NCBI GenBank assembly: GCA_973895155.1
Contig: OZ316899.1
Coordinates: 5,025,241-5,089,240, forward strand
Length of the DNA: 64,000 nucleotides
Direction of reading: 5' to 3'
Source: Marsupella aquatica
Lineage: Eukaryota; Plantae; Marchantiophyta
The translations under genes and the position numbers were made by a program. Shown here piece by piece: positions 38,223-49,629 of this stretch (positions within the stretch are counted from its first letter, which is position 1; every line of letters starts with the position of its first letter). Under the pieces are notes generated by a model. That model saw only the letters and a program-made list of their open reading frames with translations. It was not told the origin of the DNA and ran no database searches.

Positions 38223-38277
38223 AGAACTAGGAAGTTAAGCACCTATTGAGAGGAATAGTGTTTGGGATGGGTGACCT
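38223..38277 (+). other. 5S rRNA-derived internal-promoter segment (A box and C box), Cassandra-like
   Basis: AGAACTAGGAAGTTAAGC...ATAGTGTTTGGGATGGGTGACCT aligns with plant 5S AGAACTCCGCAGTTAAGC...GTAGTACTAGGATGGGTGACCT; the 5S 5' and 3' ends are absent. Confidence 0.7.
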
Positions 38278-40229
38278 GACTTCTCTAGTAGCCCAAAGTC
38301 TTGCTAAGACTTGAAGCCTCACACAAAAGAATACACCAGTTAGCTAGTGATATGCAACCCGTGGAGGAGTAGGATCAGGCCGGGGCAGTGCTAGGGCCCC
38401 CGATTGGGGTAATCGCACTTCTAATTGGGACCCTTGTCCCATTGTAGTACAATAGCACAATAGTTTCCGATTGCGAAGTACTTGGAAATGGTCATGCCAT
38501 TCTCACATAATTGGACAATTGTTTGCCATTTCTTTTGAATTGAATGCGTCTTTCCCATACTAGTTAATTGGACAAGTCCAATCTCGGTCCAATAACGCTA
38601 ACCCGATTGTTTGGGGATTGGATGATACGATGCGACTTAAATCGGAACATCGGTAAAAACTGCAACAATCCGCCGAAGGGGTCCAATTTGAGGAGAATTG
38701 GATTAAGGGTGAATTTTGTACTAGTGTATTGGGATAAATACCTGGTCAACGGAGACCCCAGGGCCTTCTTCTTAAGCAGCTTTTTAGTGCACCAGCAAGG
38801 CTGGAATCAGTTAGTAAAGAGAAGCTCTCGGTTAGTTATGCAGTGACCTTTGTGTATATTTATGTTTCCTCATGCCTAAGAGATGAATAAAGTTGGCCTT
38901 TCGGCTTAGTTCGCAGACCTTGTGCATGAGAAGTACTCCTTGTATGGCAATGGCATGGTATACCTTAGTCAGTAGGAGTCATCTTTCTAATTGTGTGTCG
39001 CATCAAGTTGCGTGAAGATTGCCCACATCAACTAAGGAAAGAAAGTAAGTTACAAGCAGGGAGAGTTGGATGTGTTGAGCTAAGAGGGCTCTTAGCAGCT
39101 ACCCAAGCCAATTGGGCATCATTCCGGGGGTGGAATCCAAACATACCTGAAGGAAGACTTATAGAAGAGACGGAAGTGAGGCCTAGAATAAGCCGGGTAC
39201 ATATCTCATGACCTGATGAAGGATCTGTCCAGTATATGTGGTTAAAATGTTAGTACAATAGTGTGAGGAAAGCAGCATCCCATGCAGATAAACCTTGGAA
39301 TTGGCCTTGGCAAGGAAGAAACCAGGGGGAATCGGCTTGCTCAGGGAGGGTTCTTGGGTCCAGAGAGGCATGGGACGCGCCACATTTTTGGCGCTAGATG
39401 GAGGGGGCATTTCTTAAGCCGTGAGATATGGATCTAGGTAAGGAAGTGTAGTTAATGACTGAACCTACACCAAGCACTACTACATATTGGCCCCTTTTGC
39501 GAAGCTTTTTTTTGACGCGGGGATGGTCTTGCGATGTCATCGACTTCAGATATTTTGTGATCAAACACGCATCACAATAAACCATGCTCACAGGTTCGCA
39601 ACATGGTGTTGCGAAGCTAAATACCTCGCAATTTGTTTGAGATCGGATTGAATTCGCAACTCTTTCAGATACTATTCGTCTCGCAAAGTATTTGTGGATC
39701 CGCGACCATCGCGACTGCATTTGGATCTCTTTTGTTTCATAATTTAGCGATAATAATGTACTCAAATATATATTGTGAACCTATTAGCTTCGCACAATAT
39801 TGTGAAGCATAAATAGTCGCAAGTTACCGAATCCAGTTGATTCGCAAAGTTGAGAACACATTGGCATCACAATTACCGATGGTGTGTTATTCACAAAGTG
39901 TTCAGAAGTTGCTTCTTGACAAACTTGAAAATGTTTTGCAAAGAGAGTTGTTTGAAAATTTTGTAGAATGGAAATGTTTGAGAGAGTTTCTTTACAAGAT
40001 GGAGAATGCATGTGTTTAGGTTACAGCTAGGGTTTTCAAAAAGGTGGCATGCATGAGGATAGCTTTGGAAATGGCTAAGGTTGCATATATAACAGTGAGA
40101 TGAAATTTCAAAGTCCAATTAAGTGTTTGTAAAACAAAAGAAGAAAAGTAATATGTTAATATAAATAAAACCATGATAGTTAGTTTAGGGTCAAATTCTG
40201 GGCCCACAACAAGTTTTACTACTAGTGCA

Positions 40230-43200
40230 TCAAACCTGGTCCTCATCCTCGCCTCCATTTGACACAATAATAACGTCAGGTTTTTCCGAGATAATGGAAC
40301 GGGACCGTGGCACATACGGTATAACAACTGACCACTCTAGGTCTGGTGGGTACGGAATATAGAAACACTGCTCAAGGTGACTTGGGAATGTAAATGGTTC
40401 AGATGTTTGCCAATGAGATGGTTGAAAGCTAGTTGCTGATGTCTTCAGTCGAGTAAACCCACACTCATCAAGAAGTACCGTGCGATTATCACCAACCAGG
40501 TGAATTTTGAACCACTTACACTTGAAGACATACTCTTCAAATTTGGAATCGGCATCATAGGATATGATCAAGATCTCCTCAATCTTCCCATAGTGAGGCA
40601 CCACATCTCTGATCACATTAGTGTCATGACGGCTACTTTGTGAATCTTGCATGAACTGCCCTTGAACTCCACAATCAAAAGTTCTTCCCCTCTTCTCATC
40701 AAGGTCAGAAATCCTGAAATGCCTCCCTTGTGTCCACATTGCTGTTCTGGTTTGAACAAGTCTTAAAGGACCATGAACAATTGTTCGAACCTCAGGAGTC
40801 ATATTTGGAAAATGTGATACATTCTCACCTTGGGCCACCATAGCATCCAACTGAAGTACTTTCTCCTTCATATACTCAAGGAACTTTGGAAAGATCCTTG
40901 GGCGATGACTCTCCCTCTTTGCATCCTCATAAAACTCTCTCCAATCTTCCATCACATTGTTGTTACTCAACATGAAAGTACTAACCTGTGTCAACTCCAC
41001 TGCGGTTAGTAAGCGTGTTTTTTTTGCACCTGTTAAACGGTCCTCCTCCACTTCCCTCTCTTCCATCCAAGTGCGTGGAAAACTAGGATCAATGGTAGCT
41101 AAGATGTTACTACAATAAAACATACTCTCAGCTGCCAAGTATCTAGTTGCCATGCTCCCCTCCACTCGTGCACGGTTCCGTACATAAGCCTTTAACACGG
41201 CCATATACCTTTCCAGCCAATACATCCACCTACAATGCACCGGACCGGCAATGGCAACCTCCCTCACAAGATGAACGAGAAGATGCACCTGACAATCAAA
41301 GAAGGAAGGAGGGAGGGCCTTCTCCAACTTGCATACCACCTCTGCTGCCAATACCTCCATCCGTGGTATCTCTTCTTCATATATTTTCTTTGAGCATATC
41401 CATCTCAACAAAGTGCCCAGTGACCAAAGGGCGTCTTGCACTTCTTCACTCCCCAAACCTATGATTGCCACAGGAAGTATATGTTGTAGTAAACGATGAT
41501 AGTCATGTGTCTTGAGATACATTGGCCATTTATGACTGTCCTCCATCCCAAAAGCCTTACGTAGATTGGCACCATAGCCTGTAGGAAACCGCATCTGCCC
41601 TATGCGTTGTCGAAACTCTCTTCTTTCACCAACACTCAAAACCCATGGAGCTGAAGGACGATGTTCCATCCCTGTGGATTCATCAACTGTTATCCATACA
41701 TCTGGATGTCGTTCTAGATCCTGGCATGCCTCCCTAAAATTAATGTTCTTTTCCCCATAAAAGTGCTTGATCAAAGCCTTCCCAACATTTCCCTCTATAT
41801 GCATGGGGTCTAACAAGTGATGAATCTTCAACTCAGGCCAATAGGGCAAAGTGGCCAGTATACCCCACCTTGTCAATCCACTACCATCAAATCCCATGGC
41901 ATCTTCAGGGTCTGCCACCCTATCAGCTATGGACTTCCAATACGAAAATGTTGTGCGGTCAGGTATCTCACGCTCATCACCATTGATCATGTCAAAGTCT
42001 GAAAACAAAAGGGGGTCAGACCTCATGTGATGCCCAAGTGGAAGAAACTTGGTATGACCAAGGTAGATTATCTTGTGCAGCCATTTTGAGTACTTGGCCA
42101 TATCGTGAAGGCTTGGACCACAAGTGGAGCATGCCTTGTACCCTTGAGTTTGGAACCCAGAAACAAACCCAAACCCTGCTCACAAAATAACATTCTCAAT
42201 TAGAGTCAAAGGAATTGAAAAGTTCATGTACATAGAATTAAAGAGGGACTTCCTTCCAAACAAACTTGATCTCCAATACATGAAAAAAATACAAATCCAT
42301 ACCACTCACCTGGATAGTCATGCATGGTCCACATAATGATTCCCTTCAATTGGAAGACACGTGGTAACCCTCCTGTAGTTGTCCGACCATCATATGCCCA
42401 TACACCCCCCCATAATTTATGGAGTTCCCCAACCAAGAGCGCCAAGTAGGTGTCCATGTTTTTTACCTTAGATGGACCTGGGATAATCAATGATAGCAAT
42501 AAGAATCCCTTTTTCATGGACAACCATGGGGGAAGGTTGTAATTCATAACAACCACCGGCCAAACCGAAGTAGGGCGCCCTTTCCCTCCAAGGGAGTGTG
42601 GGCTTACCCCATCTGATGCCAATCCCAACCTCACATGACGAGGGTCACGTGCAAATTCTGGCCATTGTGACTCCACATGCTTGTGAGCAGGGGAATCAAC
42701 TGGCAACCGCATGACACCGGCCTCTGATCGATGTGTCTTATGCCATACCATCAATTCTGCCAAGTCAGAACATCGGTACATGTGCAACAATCGAGGAATA
42801 ATAGGAAACCAACGAACAGCTTTTCTAGGCACCTTTGAGGTCAACATGTTGGTTTCATATCGAGGCTCTTGACAAATTGGACACTCAGTTGCGCTGGCAT
42901 TGGTCTCATGATAGAGAATGCAGTCATTCACACAAGCATGAATGATATGGTATTCCATGCCAATGGATGATAGAACCCTCTTTGCCTCCTTCCAAGTTCC
43001 TGGCAACACATTTTCACTAGGTAACAAGAGATCATGGCAGATAGTCTATTCAAATGAGCACCCCCATAAATAGGTGTTCTAGCATGTCCCTCAGCTTCTT
43101 CCCATTGTTTTTGTCCTTCAGGTATACGTTGAGGCCTTGGATCATGTGCAACATTTGGTGGAGGGTCTCCTTCATTGGGTGGGACACCTCCTTCACCACC

Positions 43201-44734
43201 AATGTCTACACCAAACCAATCTGTCATGAAGTCATCCATGGCTGACTCTTGGTCTTGCATGACCTCATAATCTGTCCGAGGTGCCCCTTCATCTGGACTG
43301 TCATTATCATTGTCACTTGATGAGGAATCTGCTAATGATGTTTCCCCGTCTTGTGGCAAGCCCATTTCTTGATATGTAGCTCTCAACCTCCTTGGCAACA
43401 TATCTTGACTAGGCCGCACATTCTATAGAAAATACAATAAAGTATTCACAATGAAATTAACGCCAAATATAGTAGTGCTTGAAACATATTATTAACAATA
43501 TAAAAAGAACATGTCATTACAAAACATACGTTCACATACGATGAACGTATAATACATGTCCCTAAAGTAATCCTAATCCCATTCATAATGTGTAAACAAC
43601 TCCTCTCCAACCAGAATGGTCCTATTAGCTACAACTAGACAATGGTCATGATGATATCTCTGCCCATAAGGGGCTGGAGGGGGACCATCAACAAAAACCC
43701 ATTCACAGTTTTTCCTACGCTTAGGCCGGGTCCCCACAGTACTGTTGATGAAACCGGCAATATTCCCACTACGGATGGGATCACCATCAATTATACGCTG
43801 GTCACAATACTTTCTGGTGCAACCATCAAAAGTATCCATGTCCAATGCATAAGTCTTCCACTCAGGGTGTTGAACAAGGATCATGTTCCAATGTCTCCTC
43901 TTGTAAATGGGTCCACCATACGGGAACAACGTTGGTCCATCTGAAGAGCGCCCTTTTCCACCCATATCATCCACAATAATGTCCTGACAAGAGAAAATCC
44001 CATACCCATGCCTCTCCCCTAGGGTCGAACTCTTGACAACCCAACGTCTTCCCCAAACTTCTATCTCCTCACCATAGGTTATATCACATGGCAAACCAAG
44101 GCACTCCGGATTCCAATCCTTTATGATAGGAACACACTTCCCTGTGAAGGTACAAGGGCCCCATCTACCATCAACCCTACAAGTGTACTGATCCACTTCC
44201 CCTCTAGGCTGTCTTTTTGACTTTTTTTTCCCTCTTGTAACAATACCGTCACCCTTAATTGTCCCAACACTACCTTGCCCTGCTGCCACTAAACGAAAAG
44301 CTTGTGAAAGTGCCGAGCCTATAGCATCTAGAACTCCTTGTGAGGGAACATAGGGTGTTGGTGTAGTGAGTGTAGGCCTACTGGATACCTATAGGAAGAA
44401 ATGGAACCAAGTGAGTGTGATGAACCTCCCAAATTTTATTTTATGCTACCTAGCAAGATTTACAAAATAAAATGGAAATCACAGTAAGTTTACAACTCAC
44501 CATACGGGATGAAGAAGCTCCCGGTGTAAGACCTCGATGTTGGCCATATCGAGCAATGTGCTCCGCACATACATATGACTTTTGGACAACCATCCCCACA
44601 CATTTTTTACAACCACAAAGTTGGCGTGGTGGACCACTAGGTCGACGTACGGTTGGTTCAGGTTGAGGAGGAGGATGACTTTCTTCATCGGAAGAGAAAT
44701 CTGATGTGGTGGAAGTTGTAGAGGATGAAGACAT
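40230..44734 (-). pseudogene. CACTA TnpD transposase; exons 44734-44501, 43422-42310 and 42175-40230; one frameshifting lesion near 43027
   Basis: IHACVNDCILY; WFPIIPRLLHMY; LGLASDGVSP; YNLPPW; MHDYPG; LDPMHIEGN; LKTHDYH; PPSFFDCQVHLLVH; WMYWLER; EPFTFPSH. Confidence 0.93.
43573..44388 (-). CDS. SET-domain protein exon (putative lysine methyltransferase), open; spliceable to exon 44734-44501 to give 349 aa
   Basis: VKSSTLGERHGYGIFSCQDI (GxG motif), LFPYGG, YALDM, IDGDPIRSGNIAGFINS (RFINH-like) and VVANRTILVGEELFTHYEW (GEELxxxY). Acceptor TTCCTATAG at 44389. Confidence 0.85.
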   Translation of the reverse strand, partial: VSSRPTLTTPTPYVPSQGVLDAIGSALSQAFRLVAAGQGSVGTIKGDGIVTRGKKKSKRQPRGEVDQYTCRVDGRWGPCTFTGKCVPIIKDWNPECLGLPCDITYGEEIEVWGRRWVVKSSTLGERHGYGIFSCQDIIVDDMGGKGRSSDGPTLFPYGGPIYKRRHWNMILVQHPEWKTYALDMDTFDGCTRKYCDQRIIDGDPIRSGNIAGFINSTVGTRPKRRKNCEWVFVDGPPPAPYGQRYHHDHCLVVANRTILVGEELFTHYEWD

Positions 44735-45171
44735 CTGACAAGTATAGCAATTGGAAGGCGATTAGTAAAAACTTCACCAAAACCATCATTGATAATCCCT
44801 ACCTAAACATATTAAAAAGAATTGACAGAAAAATACCTTTATGAGACCCGGGCTTAGCAATGCCTTGACGGATCTTGTGGCTCAAATTTCATGAACCAAA
44901 TCTGGAAGGAGGGGAAAATCTGCCAATATACAATGAATTAAGCCATGCCTTATGGTGAACCAGAAAAAAAGGATGATAGATTGTAACCCTCCATATTTAC
45001 AGCAATGACTAGAAATGCATGAGAAAATGTTATACCTTTCAGATGCCCGGGCTCTCGCAAGGCATTATCATGCATTAGCCAAAACTTTAAAAAACATGGG
45101 GAAGTGCCCTACAACGCCAAAGAGTTTTCCTCTCCATGTTAATGAGATAGACAAAGAAATATAAGTAACCC

Positions 45172-45602
45172 AAACCCTACCCTAAACCCAAACCATGAAA
45201 TGAAACCCTTCATTAAAACCTAACCCAAATCCCTCAATCACCCTAAACCCTTACCCTTATCCTAACCAATACCCAAATCCCTCATTAAAAATTCAAACCT
45301 TTACCCTAAACCCAAACCCCTACCCTAAACCCAAACCATGAAATGAAACCCTTCATTAAAACCTAACCCAAATCCCTCAAGCACCCTAAACCCTTACCCT
45401 TATCCTAACCAATACCCAAATCCCTCATTAAAAATTCAAACCTTTACCCTAAACCCAAACCCCTACCCTAAACCCAAACCATGAAATGAAACCCTTCATT
45501 AAAACCTAACCCAAATCCCTCAAGCACCCTAAACTCTTACCCTTATCCTAACCAATACCCAAATCCCTCATTAAAATTTCAAACCTTTACCCTAAACCCA
45601 AC
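45172..45602. repeat. Tandem repeat, 143-bp unit x3, rich in telomere-like CCCTAAA/AACCC motifs
   Basis: CCATGAAATGAAACCC recurs at 45193, 45336 and 45479; the G-poor tract continues to about 46150. Confidence 0.92.
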
Positions 45603-46598
45603 CCAAATCCCCCAATTACATATAAAACTCTTACCCTATCTACACCTTACTTTACCTATATAGGCCAACCCCCACCCCTATAGTTATTCTAAACTTCACC
45701 CTAACCCCTAAATTGAGGCCCTTTTTTAAAACTTAAGCAAAAATTGTACCCCCTCAATTAGAACCAAATCCAACCCTATATCATGTTACACCCCAATCCA
45801 AACACTTACATTAGAAACCCAACCCCTTTAAAAAAACCACAATTAAACCCCCCAACTAAAAACCAAACCCAATCCCTTTAAAAAACAACCACAATTCAAC
45901 CCCTCAACTAAAACCAAACCCAACCCCTGTAATTACTCACAACCTAATGCAAACCTCTACCTTGAACCCTAAGCCAAACCCATTAATTTAAACCCAACCC
46001 TTTTATTCCAACCTAACCCAAGTTTTAACCCCCTTAATTAAACCAAATACTCCTAGATTAAAACCAAATATAAACCTAACCTTTAATTAAACCCAAACCT
46101 TTGTTAACTTATATTCTAGTTATCCTTACAACCCAAACATCCATTGACACCCCTTCCATGTTAACTTATGGGCACTTAACATACCTTAAATGTCGTTTGA
46201 CAAACCTTAATAGCCGTTTGACACCCCAAAGTGTTTTCCAACCCTAAACCGATAAGACCTGCCTCGCAAATTATTTCACAAGTTAGAGAATATTTTTGCG
46301 AACCTACGACCTTCGCACTTGCTTCGCAAAAACAGAGGCCGAGAACAATTTTTTGGGTCTTCTGCGGGTTGCGATGGCTTTGCGAAGGGAATAGATTCGG
46401 AAGTGCCTCGCAAGTTGCGAGACTATTTGCGAGGGCGCGGGCTTCGCAGTTTCCCATGCGTATGTCATCGCAAACCCGTTTTTGAACGGCGTAAACATCG
46501 GCGGGAGCTCGCATTCGGGCTCATTTCAGTTTTTGAGCGAGACGAGAAGGGCCGGGGCGCGCGCAACAGTACGAGGGAGACTGTGAGAGAGGGGAGCT

Positions 46599-48575
46599 AT
46601 GGCTACCGGTGAGGGGAGTGGAGGGCAAGGTGGTAGTGGTAGTGGTAGTGGCAATGGGGGAAATCCAGAGAAAGAGAAGAATGCCTGGGCAGACTTAGTG
46701 GCCCAACATCTCAGTGCTGCACAATTGGGAGAAGTGAATCTCAATTCTCCAGTAGGGCTTGCCTCTTTGAGTGCCATTCTTGGACAGGTTTTGCAAACTG
46801 GGATTGTAGCAGGACAAGCTACTAGAGAGGGGGAGGAGAGGGCCGCAGCTGAAGAGAAGGCTAGAGAGAAAAAAAGGAAGAGAGAGGAAAGAACTAAGTC
46901 AGGAGTTGCCTCTCCTCAAGCCCTAGAGAAGCAGAAGAGAAGAGAGGAGAGAGATTCAATTCGAAAACAAAGGGAGGAGCAACGTCAGAAAGAGGAAGCA
47001 AGAAAAAAACTTCCATTCATTGCCTTGGAGACGAGTGGGACTCCAACTGAGCTAGCATATGCAGGGGCTAAGAGCACAATCAAGCAGATTATCACAAGCA
47101 ATTTCTCACGAGGCATGCAGTGGGGGAAGATTGAGAAGGCAGAGCGAAAGAGGGTCATCAACCAAATCAAGGATGCATTTCGCAATGGGCCTGACATAGA
47201 TGAGCAATGGTTGGCAGATAAGATTTCAAATTCTATGTCTCAAATGCGATACCATGACAGGATGAAGATTAGAGCCCACCTGAAAGACTTGAGATCATAC
47301 AAGAACTTGTGCAGACCCCTCCACTTCACCGAGGACATCTGGAATTTGTTTTACAAGATTGAGGTGCAAATTAAGGCAGCTCACGAGTTGGAAGAGTGGA
47401 AGGGCAATCTAGATCGAGCCTTGAAAGCAAAGGAGGCCGGGAAGCTCCCCCCTGACCACGACCTAAAGCCACTTGAGCAGAAGGTAGCTGAGATGCAGAA
47501 GGTGGCCGACCAGGAGGGAAAGCCACCCAAGCGTTTCACAGATGCAACCAAACAAGTGAAATCCACCCCCAATCCAGTCCACAAGTTGGGTCAAGGCGGG
47601 CTCCCCGGCCTCAAGTCACACTTTGTGAGTGCCTCTTGCTCCTCCCTAACCTCTCTATTCCTTTCAGAGTTGTGCAATGCAAGTGAATGACATCCCCGAA
47701 GGTTCTTGCTGTTGTGCATGCTTGCTTGGTTACTAGTTTAGGGCAACTCTGACACTTAGAATTTCTGGCAAATTTTTAAAAACTCTCGGGAACACAGTTT
47801 GCGAAGGTGTTGCGATGCGTATTTGTTCGCAAACCCCTCGCAAAGTCTATCATAGACTTTTTCCATTTCAATTTTCCGATGCCTTTGCGAACAAATGCGC
47901 ATCGCAAACTCCATCGCAACGCCTTCGCAAAAAAAGGTGGTTCGCAAGTTGCTATGCTTATAGGTTCGCAAATTTGAATTTTAAATTTTTTTTGGGTCAT
48001 GTTTAGTAGTTGAGGATTTAGGCGTCACTTGTGGCTATAGGGTATGCTTAAGGGCAAATTTAACCAATTTTAATTGGTTTTATGCATGGCAGTATCGGAG
48101 GTACAAAAGGAAGATATCAAAAAAGCATATTGAGGTGGCGATAGAGCATGGACGAAAGTACCTCTTTGCGATGGTAGATGCCGAGTTGGCTACTGTAAGT
48201 GTCTAAGTGTGAACCATATGATTAGCATGCGAACATTGTGAGTGACCCTTTATGTCTTGCGGAAACTAATGATATGTAATGGATGCAGGATTCGGATGAG
48301 CCTGAGGGGTCGGGTGCTGATGTGACCAGTAGTGATGACGATGAGGGGGCTACTCCTGGTACTAGTGGTGCTCGGGGGGGGGGAGTAGTCGTGAGGTAGG
48401 TTCTTCCCACCGTGGTAGTGGTGGTAGTCGTGTGTCATCAGCACACGTTGATGACCAGGGGGAGGAGGAGGACCCTGAGGATGAGGAGGAGGAGCAGGAG
48501 GGGCAGGAGGAGCCAGAGGAGCAGCAGGAGCAGGAGCAGGAGCGCCGACGGCCATCACGCACCCATCACCAATAG
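46599..48575 (+). CDS. CACTA TnpA-like gene of element B (exon 1 46599-47624; further exons near 48093-48194 and from 48289); 3' part probably degraded
   Basis: Coiled-coil/NLS region; W..I...ER..VI..I; RP....DIW; VHKLGQGG followed by a GTGAGT donor; acidic downstream exon. Confidence 0.65.
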
Positions 48576-49629
48576 GATCCCCGGAAGGATAAGGGCAAGA
48601 AGCCAGCCAAGAAGCCAACCAAGAGGAGCCGCAAGAGCCCATTCTAGTTATTTTGTAGAGATACATGCATGAGAGTGACTTGTCATGCCGGAGCTTAGGG
48701 TAGGAAGAGGCAGCATAGGTTTAGAAGGGCGGACCTAGCATCAGATATTTCCCCCCTCTTGTCCATGTATAGGGTTCTTTGAAGCCCTATCATTTTGTTC
48801 ATGCTTTTCCATTTTATAAAACAACAATTTTGCCTTCCACATTGGGTTCCAAGGAAAACCCCTCGCAAATAATGTATTGAATCCTGTGTGATCATAATTT
48901 TGCGAACCCTTTAAGAACTCATTCCCATCGCACAATATTAACCCCAAGGCGTCGCACTTTTTGAGCCAATTAACTTCAGAACTTCAGATCCAAATATGTC
49001 GGGTTTTTGTGATACTTCTAGGATCGCACTTTCCTAATCGCAACCGTTCACAAACTTCTGAAATCACCGGTATCGCTCTTTGTCATACAATCCCCATCAA
49101 AACAATTGAACCAGTATCAATCGCAAATATGATGCGATGGTAAATCCATCTCAAATATTGACGCCCGCGCGGGACGTGTGTGTGTATGTTTGTGAACCTT
49201 ATGCGACGTATAATGGATCGCAGAAGTATTGAATATTGCGAACCTCTCAGCTTCTCAGTTTGCCATGATGTTGCGATGCCGTTGTGATGGTCCGCGTGCG
49301 AAGTTATTAGGTTCGCAAAGTGCGAAGGGGGTGCGATGCGCGTATGTTTGCAATAGCCAGAATTATGAAAATCAGGGGCTTGTTAGTTGCGATGAGATTG
49401 TCTTCGCAAAACCGGCCGATAGTGTTGTAGTGAAGGGAGGAAAGAGCGATACAACGGGAGAGAGCTCGTTTGCAGCAGATCGTTGGGTGGTAGGAAACAC
49501 AGCGACTGAGAGGAGCAGATAGAGCTAGTAGCTCTGTAATAGAGAGTGGTGTTGAGGAGGAGGAATTAGACAAAGGATCGGTTACCTGGAGTCCGTTGAA
49601 TTCAAGTGTTAGCTCCCCAACAAAGAGTA

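Larger units (their letters stand above)
20350..38726. mobile_element. Non-autonomous CACTA element (about 2 kb once the large insert is removed), host to the 16.4-kb CACTA and a MITE
   Basis: TIR CACTAGTACA at 20350 and TGTACTAGTG ending 38726; TSD TAT/TAT (20347-20349, 38727-38729); many CCAATT/AATTGG subterminal motifs. Confidence 0.85.
39475..49432. mobile_element. CACTA element B, 9.96 kb, with divergent TnpD (-) and TnpA-like (+) genes and a SET-domain exon
   Basis: Imperfect TIR CACTACTACATATTGGCCCCTTTTGCGA / TCGCAAAACCGGCCGATAGTGTTGTAGTG; TSD AAG/AAG (39472-39474, 49433-49435); TCGCA/TGCGA subterminal repeats. Confidence 0.95.

Noticed and set aside
38223-38277. Functional 5S rRNA gene
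   Set aside because: Only the central ~55 bp resemble 5S; the terminal stem and T-rich terminator are absent.
45170-46250. True telomere or chromosome-fusion scar
   Set aside because: The motifs are degenerate and lie inside a TIR/TSD-bounded CACTA element.
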